Part shown: piece by piece, positions 12,316 through 22,018 of the stretch | Layout: every line of letters begins with the position of its first letter | Position numbering within the stretch: the stretch's first letter is position 1 | NCBI GenBank assembly: GCA_002269645.1 | Contig: NIVC01002346.1 | Location: 1 to 30,001 of the forward strand | Origin: Macrostomum lignano | Lineage: Eukaryota | DNA length: 30,001 nt | Direction of reading: 5' to 3' | The notes under the pieces: model-generated | The model's database searches: none | What the model was told of the DNA's origin: nothing | Seen by the model: the letters and a program-made list of their open reading frames with translations, nothing else | Made by a program: the position numbers and the translations under genes

Positions 12316-12464
12316 CAATCCTGGGATCCCGTTAGGCCAAAAAGTGTCCGGGATTTGGGATCCCAAGATCCCTTCAGGCCAAAAAGTGTCCAGGATTCGG
12401 GATCCCGGGATCCCATTAGGCCAAAAGGTGTCCGGGATTTGGGATCCTGGAGTTGCAATCCCTA
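12316..12464. mobile_element. Single end of a related hAT-like element with three subterminal tandem repeats of about 42 bp
   Basis: GGATCCC-N3-AGGCCAAAAAGTGTCCGGGATTT occurs three times and ends in TTGCAATCCCTA (rc TAGGGATTGCAA). No partner end was found in the window. Confidence 0.55.
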
Positions 12465-13315
12465 GGTTTAATGCATATCTCCTTCCTGGATGGTTGCCAA
12501 CTCGAATGCGGGAGTTATATATATCAATGTCTTTTGCAAAAAATAGGCTATTTTAATGTTGAAAATGAAAAAAATTAGGTTTGGTCAAAAAGCAAAAAAC
12601 ATTTTTCTTAACCTTCTTTGGCCATTTTGCATTTTTGCTTCTCCAATAGAGGGGTAATAACATGTTGTAAAAACAACCACCCCAACCTCTGCCCACAGGT
12701 TGCTGTGCATTGGATGGGTGGGGGACACATTATATGTTTAATGTAAATAACCCCCATACCATGTTGGGGTGCAATTAAATTTTAATAATTCCCATGGAAT
12801 AGGGGGTCAGGCTGAGTGTATATAGCAATGTACAGTGTAGACAGAGCCTGCAGATAGATAGGACTAGATCGAGATTCAATTGGTTTTATTATTGGTGCCT
12901 TTCAATAGGCAGCCCTGTGTATTAGCTGGGCAATGAAATTTAATGAATGAATAAACTTGCAAGCCTCTTACTAGCAGGTGGGTTTACATACACTGGAAAG
13001 TTCAAACGCTAACTGTTCCTTGATTTTTAAACTTTGAGAAAAGAGACCTTTATTGCTGGAAAGATCTTGCAACGCTGAGTTCGGGGATATAAGTTGTCTG
13101 CTTTAAATATAAGAACAAAAACCACAGCATTAAAAAACTTCCATACTTTGAAACTTTCTGCAAAGATTGTAGTCATTTTTGCATTAAAGTTGCCAGATAA
13201 AGTTTGGGGGTTGCGTACACACATTCAAGCCAGCTATCGTTTGAGTAATTTCAGTAATGAAAGAGGCGGGTGACAAATTTCAATTGGTTTTATTATCAGT
13301 CCCTTCAGTCAGTCA

Positions 13316-14513
13316 GATAAGAGAGTAGAAGTAGATAAAAAAGAAAGGGAAAAGAGAGGGGAGATGATAGAAGTAGAGAGAAGAGAGGAGAGAAAAGAGT
13401 TGACAGAGGGGAGAGAAGAGGGGAATGAGGCGAGAATGAAGAGAGAGAGAAAAAGAAGAAAGAAGAGAAGAAAGATGAGTGATGAAAAAATAAAGGGCAG
13501 AGAGAATATAGTTATGATACATTGGAGCAGAGACGAGAGAAAAAAAAAGATAGAGAGGACAGGGTAGATGAGAGAATAGATAAGAGAATAGAGATGAGAG
13601 AGAAAAATAGAGATAATAGAGAACGAGAGTGGAGGAGAGAAAGAGATAAAAGGAGAGATGAGAGAGAAGAGAAGAGAGGATAAACGAGGAAGAGAGAGAA
13701 GCAAGAGGAAAAGGGAGAGAGGAGATATATGAGAAGAGAAAATAGAGCAGAGGAGAGATAATATAGAGGAGAGGCGAGAGAGGAGAGGGGAGAAAATACG
13801 AAACAGAAAAGGGGAGAGATGAGATAGGAGAGATGAAAGGGGATAAGAGAGGAGAGAGGAAAGGAGAGAAGAGAGGGGAGAAGAGAGAAGAGGAGAGACG
13901 ATTGAGGTAGAGCCGAAAGACGAGAGAGAAAAGATAAGAGAGTAGAGATGAAAGATGAGAGAGATGAGAGGACAGAGGAGAGATACGAGAGAAGAGAGGA
14001 AAGAATAGGAGAGAGGGGAGAGAATAGGGGAGAGAGGAGAGAAGAGAAAAGAGGAAAGAGAAAAGGGGAGAGATAAGATGGGATAGAGGAGAGGGGGGAT
14101 AAGCGAGAAAAGGAGAAAGGAGAGAGGAGAGATAAAAGAGAACATGAGTGGAGGAGCGGAAGAGACAAAAAGAGAGAGGAGAGATAAGATAGAAGAGAGG
14201 AGAGGAGCCAAAGTAGGAAAGAGAAAAGAAAAGGGGAGAGATGAGATAGGAGAGAGGAGAGAGGGGGTAAGAAAGGGGAGAGAAAGAGAGAAGAGATAAG
14301 AGAGAAGACAGAAAAGAGTAGAGACCAAAGACGAGAGAGAAGAAATGAGGGAGAGAGAGGAGATGAAAGAGTAGGGAGGAGAGATGAGAGAGTAGAGAGG
14401 AAAAAGAACTTAGAAGAGAGTAGATATGAGAGCACAGAGAGAAGTGATAGAGAAAATAGATAAGAGATGAGAGCAGAGAGGAGAGATTAGAGATAAGAGA
14501 CCAAAGAGGAGAG
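13316..14513 (+). repeat. 1.2 kb non-periodic polypurine (GA-rich) low-complexity tract
   Basis: Almost entirely A/G on the plus strand. It produces the L/S/F-rich minus-strand ORFs (339 aa, 307 aa), which are compositional artefacts. Confidence 0.95.
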
Positions 14514-15104
14514 TCTCAGTCTGAATAATGGCAGTAGAAAGATGGTATTTGAGATGTTTTATACAGAATTTGAAAGATGAGATTTGGGTCATGGGATTCA
14601 GCTGATGGATTTCAGGGAATGTAATTCTGGCGATGGGAGTTCTATCTCCTTTCTCCTCCAATGGAGGAGTTGGCCTTGTATATATATGCAAGGAAATAGG
14701 AAAGAGATGTGCTTGTAAATATCCCAAAAGTTACTTTTAGTGCATTATTTAAAATATGAAGAAATGTAAATACATTGACCCAAAGTACTGTTGTTAGAGA
14801 CCTATTCTTAAACCTGACTTTTAGTCTAAAGCCTATAGACAGCATAGTATAGACTATAAAAATTTTTATGAGGTATGGCTACAATTAAGAATTTTGCTCA
14901 AAAAATATGTCAAAATCATTCTATTACTAGGCCTATAAAATATAAAGCTCTATGCTGTATTTTTCTATTGGTTTCTCAATATCAAATATAATTTTTTTAT
15001 TCTTTAATATAATTTATCTGGTTCCTACTAATAACCCTTTTCCCAATTTTAATAAAATTCAGATGTCAAGAATTTGGGAATTTAATCAATGAAATTAATT
15101 TTGT

Positions 15105-15298
15105 ATGATGAAACAAATCATCATCTATGTTAGAAGATTACCATGGCGATGGATTTTCAGCATTGGTCTAGCACTCTGGTTCGTGTTAGCTATTTGGCTA
15201 ATACTTTTGAATCATTCCGCTCTACAAAGAAATGCATTGGATATCCAGGGTACTTTAATACCTGTACCAGCTCTGCCTGAACAGAATATTAGTTTCAA
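15105..15298 (+). CDS. MGAT1: MGAT1 (GnT-I, alpha-1,3-mannosyl-glycoprotein 2-beta-GlcNAc transferase, GT13), coding exon 1
   Basis: Short basic tail plus a transmembrane segment (WIFSIGLALWFVLAIWLILL), typical of a type II Golgi enzyme. The donor AA|GTAAGT at 15299 is phase 2 and matches the next acceptor. Confidence 0.8.
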
Positions 15299-15497
15299 GT
15301 AAGTAATTAAATTGTTTATAATTTTAATAGCTTCACCTTTAAATTAGAACTTGTTTTATTCAAAAGTTTAACTACTACTCGTACTTTTATTTAGCAGGAT
15401 GTATTTATTAATAATAATTTAGTATAGAAAACTTATATAAATATGAGGTACAATTTATCGCTTTGACAGTTGCGCCCTCCACTAACCTATACCCCAG

Positions 15498-15810
15498 GTC
15501 TAATCAGCAGACTGGCAGTCCCGAATCCGTTGCTGTGCTGTTGCTAGCCTGCAATCGGCCAGCTGCAGTTCAGCGCAGCCTCTCCAAACTGCTTGAGCAT
15601 CGGCCATCAGGCTGGGAATCTAATTATCCCATTATAGTTTCCATGGACTGCGCCCACTCTGCTACGGAGTCTGTTGTGTCACGATTTTCCTCTCAACTAG
15701 CCGGAGTGCTTCGACAGCCAGATCGGAAACGGATTAAAACGGCGTTAAGAGAGCGGCATTTGATTGGCTATTATAAAATTTCCAGGCATTTCAAATGGGC
15801 GCTTGATCAG
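15498..15810 (+). CDS. MGAT1: MGAT1 coding exon 2
   Basis: Encodes VAVLLLACNRP, PIIVSMDC and GYYKISRHFKWALDQ. The acceptor ACTAACCTATACCCCAG is phase 2 and the donor CAG|GTGATT is phase 0. Confidence 0.93.
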
Positions 15811-16033
15811 GTGATTTAAAAAGTGAATTATGGATTGGCTCTCATTGGCAGGAATTGCATGACAACCCCCCCCCCCAATTAGCTGAAACCGTTACTAGGG
15901 CACATATAGGCACATATGCTTTTGCGCTACTATCAATAGTGTTATCTTGGGAAATAATTATGGTGGAGATAGATCGAGAGTTTGGGAGTTCCTTATAAGT
16001 ATCGAGAGTTTTTAGGCTTTTAGCTTGTCAGGC

Positions 16034-16889
16034 TTTGTCTCGCATAGAGGCGCCTAACCGCAGCACTCCTGTGAAACTTGTCTCTGCCTGGCTGAAAGCT
16101 TGTAATGAGTGAGTAGGCTGGGTTGGAGGGTAATAGTGGATCGGGAAGGGCTGTGGGTAGCTGTATAGGAAGGCAGGCCTATACCTGTTCCAGTTGGTGC
16201 TTTGACGGTCTCCCTCAAGTGCCCTCTGAGCGAACAGCCAGCGACCCTATTAAAGCTGGAGTGTGCCAGAACCAGGACTGAGTCTGAGCAGGACGAGACC
16301 GTTGGCACGGTCACTATAGAAATGGCGGGTTGGCGAAGCAAAGGGTGAAATAGTCCCGGCGATTAGCCCTCCTGCCGCTTCAAAGATAAGAGACTGTCTG
16401 GCAAGAGTACCCGGGGTTTAGTTGGGGGGGAGGCTCCTCGGGGTAGCCACGGCCGTGGGGGCGGTCATACGACCGGTTTTTTGGCATTTCTAACCCTGGA
16501 GAAGGCACGGGCTTCCCTGAATGGTTCACTCAACCCCCTCTAGCCTCGGGGAGGTTTATGTACGTTGGCTTGTGTACCCGGGGATGGTGGGTGGTCGGCC
16601 CCAGCATGGTAGCCACGGCTCTAGGCCTTCGGGCCAACCCTAATAGGCAATGGGGTCAATCTAACCTGGATTTTGGGCACGGGCTTCCTGACTGGTACGT
16701 ATGTCGTTCCGCTGTCACTGTCCCCCGGGGAGGTTTTTGATTTGTCAATTGCCCTTTGTACAGTCCTCTTAGCTCCAATTAGGTCTCAATGTACATAAGT
16801 ACACTCCCAACCTGGAATCAATTTATATCTAGTGGCGTAAGAGCCTATTCAATGGCTGAGGCGCCGAATACTTATTACTGTTACTGTTA
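16034..16889 (+). mobile_element. 856-bp non-coding retroposon-like insertion with a 17-bp target-site duplication and (TTACTG)n tail
   Basis: CTTTTAGCTTGTCAGGC occurs at 16017-16033 and 16890-16906. The 3' end reads CTTATTACTGTTACTGTTA. The body is GC-rich, unlike the AT-rich host intron. Confidence 0.8.
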
Positions 16890-17297
16890 CTTTTAGCTTG
16901 TCAGGCAGCCCAGAGCCAATTGTAACTTATAAGAATCAAAAGGGTAATAAGGGATAGGAATATGTAAGAACTGCTACCGGTGGTCTGTCAGTAACAGTGC
17001 ACTCACTAAAAGGTAGTCAATGCCTACATGATATTGCACGAAATTAAGGAATAATATTTGTAACACCAAATTGCATGCTTATTTATTCATTTTTCGTTGA
17101 ATAAATCTTTGGTTTCCTGTCTTAACTCTTTAAATCGTCAACTAGTAGGATTAGGGAATATCAAGCAACCTATCAATCAAACCAGTAGTTCACTAAGTCG
17201 GGTTAAAGTCAGATACACAAATAATTGATATTCACGTCACACAGTACTTGCCGTCTGTTCCAAGTTGAGGAATAACCAGTAGCCTAAACCGAGAGGT

Positions 17298-17840
17298 CAA
17301 GACTCCGTTACCATGACAAGAATCCCTTAAGAATCATTGTAAGCAACTCATAGTGACTGTAGCGACTATAGCGACTTTTTAACGACTCAAAACTACTGTA
17401 ATGCGACGGAGAGGCGACTGGTGAGTCACGAACGCATCCCGCAGCAGAATCCTAGAAGAGTCGTTGTGTTAGCACCTAACTTTCTACTCACTTAACAAGT
17501 AGACTATGTAATTGTATAAATTTGAAATAGGATTTTTTTCATCAAATGGGGCAGATGCACTTTAGACGAAACTCATTGATTCTACAGTAACTCTAGCATG
17601 TCTCAGACACGACTCTACAGCTCCATAGTCATTATAGAAGCGTTACAGAGTCACTTGCGTCGCCCAGAGTCGTTTCAGAGTCGCAGGCAATATAAATACA
17701 CTAAATTGACTCTTGGGCGATTTTTTGACGACTTTACCATGACATCTTGTCGTTTTAGAGTCATCTTAAAGTCACTAAAGTCACTTCTTTCTTATTTTAC
17801 CTGTGTTACCTGCACCAACTCTAAAACGACTCTGTGTTGA
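17298..17840 (+). repeat. Dispersed GACTC/GAGTC-rich repeat, copy 1 (appears to resume at about 18226-18270 after the SINE)
   Basis: Colinear blocks shared with 26870-27290 include AACGACTCAAA, TGCGACGGAGAGGCGACTG-TGAGTCACGA, GTCGTTGTG-TAG-AC-TAACTTTCTAC and GACGACTTT. Confidence 0.75.
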
Positions 17841-18225
17841 TTATTATTTTTTTATTTTTTTTTATTTTTTTTTATTAGAGGCAGGGGTACTGTGTGCACC
17901 CTGGCGCACTTTAAGCGACATAGGCACACAACCGGCGAGAGGCATTGCTGCCCATTCTGCCGACTCCCCTGAGCAGGCATACAAGCGCGCGGATACGTAC
18001 GCAGGCACACACTCACACAGGAGTGTACAGCGGCCCTAACTTTATATTATCGTTAGGCATGTACACTTCACTGCACCTTGGGGGTTGGCTCTCAAGGCCG
18101 TTAATTGCACGAGCAGAGCCAAGCCGAGATTCCAATTCAGCCCCAAATTAATTTGACTGTACTTGGAATCGAGCCTGGGTCGCTGGCACACCAGAGCCTG
18201 CGCTAGACCGCTGGGCTACGGCCCC
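17841..18225 (-). mobile_element. tRNA-derived SINE, family copy 2, with A-rich tail
   Basis: The minus strand reads GGGGCCGTAGCCCAGCGGTCTAGCGC (A box), GGCTCGATTCC (B box) and ends in CTCTAATAAAAAAAAAT... It is homologous to 7726-8070. Confidence 0.88.
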
Positions 18226-18375
18226 CGTCACATCAGAGTGATGTAAGTTACTCTGGGACGCTTCTTGGCCTAAGTATTGTTTTCAATAAGGCCAGGGAAT
18301 TCAAGGCTTTCAATTTGTTTTTATGCCCTTTGCATAACCAACTAGTCTTGATTATTGCCTTTGTTAACGCCGCAG

Positions 18376-18887
18376 GTGTTCTTGCATCTGAACTACACAG
18401 CCGCCATAGTGGTTGAAGACGATTTAGATATTGCGCCAGACTTTTACGCCTACTTCCGGCATTTAAGTCCTCTTCTAATCCGTGACCCGAGCGTGTGGTG
18501 CATATCAGCCTGGAACGATAATGGCAAAGCCAGTCTAATTGATGCCAACAGACCCGACCTGTTTCATAGGACTGAGTTTTTCCCAGGCCTGGGCTGGATG
18601 CTTCTGCGCAGTCTGTGGCTGGAGCTGAGGCGGCAGTGGCCAGCCGCTTATTGGGATGATCATCTGAGGAAGCCCGCGATTCGACGCGGTCGCGCCTGCA
18701 TCCGACCGGAGGTGTCGCGCAGTTACACTTTCGGTCGGATTGGCGTTAGTCACGGCCAGCATTTTGATCGATTTCTCCGGCACATTGTGCTGCACAATTC
18801 CAGCAGCGATGTTCGCTATGACCTGATGGGCCTTGACCATCTGACTCGCCAGGCTTATGATGCTCAGTTTTCTGCACTGGTATATGG
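18376..18887 (+). CDS. MGAT1: MGAT1 coding exon 3 (catalytic core)
   Basis: Encodes IVVEDDLDIAPDF, CISAWNDNG, RTEFFPGLGWML, WDD, RACIRPEVSRS and GVSHGQ. Acceptor CCGCAG (phase 0), donor GG|GTGAGC (phase 2). Confidence 0.97.
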
Positions 18888-19102
18888 GTGAGCTCTGTTC
18901 GGGGCTTGCAGCTTTTAGGTGGATAAACAGATTTATGGATTCATCGGTAGATTGAAATAACGATAGATAAACAGACAGACAGAGCTCAGGAATGGCTCAT
19001 CCTGTCATCAGGCTCAGGCTATCCTGTAAATATTATTATTAGTTATTATTTAGTATCTATGACTATCAGGTATTTACAACGCAGTCAACCTATACTTCGC
19101 AG

Positions 19103-19400
19103 GCTGCCGCTAGCCGCCAGTCCAGCTGAGGCACTGGTCATGCCTTTGCCTACTTCGTCGCAGCTGAACAACCGCAATTTTACAATCGGTTTGCTGGACC
19201 GGCCTGCTGTTCGTATCGAATACTCCAGCCGCGATCAGTTTGTTGCCGCCGCTAAGCTGCTTGGCTCCATGTCAGACTTCAAGCAGGGCGTGCCGCGGTG
19301 TGGCTACCAGGGCGTGGTGTCCGTGTTCCAGGCTGGCAGGAGAATCTTTCTGGCGCCCAAGCTGCCTTGGAATGGTTACGTCACTGCCTGGAATAACTAG
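19103..19400 (+). CDS. MGAT1: MGAT1 coding exon 4 (C-terminal domain). The four exons total 1317 nt, i.e. 438 aa plus stop
   Basis: Encodes VRIEYSSRDQF...MSDFKQGVPRCGYQGVV...GRRIFLAP...WNGY...WNN, which matches the GnT-I C-terminus. The acceptor TTCGCAG is phase 2. Confidence 0.95.
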
Positions 19401-19418
19401 CTGGGAAAGCAATGCTCG

Positions 19419-19890
19419 GATTGGTCAGGACTCAGGAGAGATATAGATATGCAAAATGGTCGACCCTGATTGGTCAGGAGGGATAGAGATCTGCAAAATG
19501 GTCGACACCGATTGGTCAGGAGGGATAGAGATCTGCAAAACGCCCTGATTGGTCAGGAGGGTTAGAGATTTGCAAAACGCTCTGATTGGTCAGGAGGGTT
19601 AGAGATCTGCAAAATTTGTCTGATTGGTCAGGAGGGTTAGAGATCTGCAAAATAGTCTGATTGGTCAGGACGAATAGAGATCTGCAAAATGGTCTGATTA
19701 GTCAGGAGGGATAGAGATCTGCAAAATGCCCTGATTGGTCAGGAGGGTTAGAGATCTGCAAAATAGTCTGATTGGTCAGGAAGGATAGAAATCTGCAAAA
19801 TGGTCTGATTGGTCAGGAGGGATAGAGATCTGCAAAAGGCCCTGATTGGTCAGGAGGGTTAGAGATCTGTGAACTTTTCTTATTGGTCAG
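19419..19890 (+). repeat. 37-bp minisatellite, about 13 copies, unit CTGATTGGTCAGGAGGG(A/T)TAGAGATCTGCAAAATNGT
   Basis: Direct tandem array beginning 18 nt after the MGAT1 stop codon. Confidence 0.97.
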
Positions 19891-21818
19891 AGTGGATGAA
19901 GACTTTATTTTAGGATTAATTAATATCATCGAAGGAGTAAGAGTTCTAAAAATTCGTATCTGTTGTAGACATATTTTGCAAGAAAATTCCCCTTGCCTAT
20001 TTATTTTAGTGCTTTACAATTCCACCATTTTCTATTTCTATTTTATTTCTGTCTTGCTTTTAGCTATCATAAATCAGAGATATACGAGTAGTTCACACTA
20101 GACATCTGTTATTGGCTGTGAGTTTAAGGTCAAAATTGCTTATTTATTTTATCCGGTTCATTTTTCTAGCATTTTTTATTTCATTCGACTTTAGAAGTAA
20201 GTTTTTCATCTGTTTAACAACTGATAATGTAACGTCGTCTAGCTTAATGTTCACTAACTTACCCATGTATGCCAAATGCATGAAAAAGCCAGTGCTAAAT
20301 CGAAGTTAAGAGTAATAAATTTTTCATAAATGTTTTCATGCACAGTAACATAACTTTTAGAATTTTTTTATCTTTAATTATGAATACATTTTTCTTCAAT
20401 AGATAATAGGCATCTACTAATTTAATAGGATTTAGCGTTTTGTTCAATAAAAAATCGAGAAATATTAGAGTAAAACTTCTGTTATCTGCTCTGTAGACTG
20501 ACTATGCATAAATTACAGATGGCCACTGTCAAGATTTAAGAAACGATTGCCACCTGTTGGCCTAATAAATGTGCACGCTGCAGCACAAAGGGCTTGTCAT
20601 TCACTAGACAAAGCGTATGGCCAAATCAAGTATTCATAAAGCAGCTAAAATAGACTTATTCAAGAGTTCATTTAAAAGCGCGTTCAAACGTTTGACGATG
20701 ATAAAAATATATATACATGTAGAGTGCTACTGTACTCAAAGTTCATTCAGCTACCTCAACGGAACGAGCCTAGCTAGAATTCTATCTCTATCGAAGTAAG
20801 AATTTTATCAAACAAAATGAGACTCACTACATGCTTCACATACAAATATGCGCGAGCGATGTTAGGAAAATCATGGATATAGACTAGGCTCCTACAAGCC
20901 AGACTAATGGATAAGCGCATACATGTACATTTTACTTAACATTTGTTTATCTGCCTTACGAGTTAAATGATCAGTCCAGGTATCTGACATCTGCGCTTAT
21001 TTCAATTCGGAATTTTCAAAGAAGTTTTCGAAAAATCTTTCTGATTTGATTTGACATTTGTCATGTCGATGTCATGAGTTGCAGGCAAGTTGATTTCCTC
21101 TTAAAGAAATCAGAATCCATGCGGAGTTAGCGGCTTATCCAAAACTGCGAATAGAATAGAGTCTAATAGTTAAAAAATATAAAACTATTATGCGAAATGC
21201 AGGGATAGGAAATCTTATTTACAAATAAATTATGAATCATGCGACAGACAGTACTATAACTAGTGTAGTGTAACTATTACTGTAATCATACATGGTTACC
21301 GTTATGATAGTGTAATCAAGCTTACTAACTATACTTTCTGTTTTGTTACAGTTGAGAATAGCTTGGTCCCTAGGCCTATTATTGTTAACAATACAGTTAT
21401 AAATCTTTTTAAATGTTAGGGCCTAATTGACTTGAGTCAACATTAGAAGGTAAATGACTAGTTTGAATTATTGACAATGACATTGGCAAGTGGTAGTTTC
21501 AGCGGAGAGCAGAGAGGCTATTGCTGCAGTTTTTTTACTAGACTAGAGACTATATATGTTAGGAGTCTATAAATTAAAATAATTATATCCAATTTCAGGG
21601 TGCAATTTTATAGTTCAGCATAGTAGGCCTACAATTTCTGAAGACTTCTTCAATTACTGGTTTTCTAAGACTTGATTTAGTATTATTTATTAACCAGGTT
21701 ACTTTAAATAGTTACTTATTTAATTTTGAAACAAATTATTTTATGCTATGCTAAATCTTTAGTGTTGCGCTAATATTTTTTTACTTTCCTATGGCTGTGG
21801 CAACTGGCAACTAACAAC

Positions 21819-22018
21819 CAGGGGCAGCAGAGCCTAATATTTTAGGGGGGGGGAGGAACCAGGCACAGGGCAAGGCAGGCACAGCCCACAAGGTCCTTTA
21901 TAAGCTATTAATGAGGGCCTAATTGGTTAAAATCAGATAAAACACTAAAAATTACCATATAGACTCAGTTTCTAGGAGGGGGGCTGTGCCCCCAATGCTG
22001 CAAGTCCTGCCACCCATG
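21819..22018. mobile_element. 200-bp MITE with perfect 8-bp TSD (hAT-like)
   Basis: CTAACAAC at 21811-21818 and 22019-22026. Termini are CA...TG with imperfect TIRs CAGGGGCAGCAGA vs rc CATGGGTGGCAGG (9/13). Confidence 0.75.

Noticed and set aside
13309-14435. 339-aa and 307-aa membrane-protein-like ORFs
   Set aside because: CT-rich sequence cannot easily form stop codons; the ORFs are compositional artefacts.
15463-15497. MGAT1 exon 2 starting at the TGACAG acceptor (15470) with a donor at 15250
   Set aside because: Possible in phase, but GTAAGT at 15299 plus the CTAAC-containing acceptor at 15497 is a much better pair.
16054-16740. ORFs within the 856-bp insertion; HDV-like ribozyme at 16333-16385
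   Set aside because: No RT or other motifs. The HDV fit fails (only 5-bp P1, no P1.1 GG, no J4/2).
7766-18151. Similar ORFs at 7766..7996 and 17803..18151 suggesting paralogous genes
   Set aside because: They are antisense translations of the two SINE copies.
18649-18669. WDDHLR instead of the usual WDDWMR in MGAT1 as a sign of inactivation
   Set aside because: The W, both Asp residues and the Arg are retained, as are the EDD and GVS motifs, so there is no basis for calling altered activity.
18535-19446. ORFs 18535..18840 (-) and 19240..19446 (+) overlapping MGAT1
   Set aside because: Shadow frames of GC-rich coding exons.
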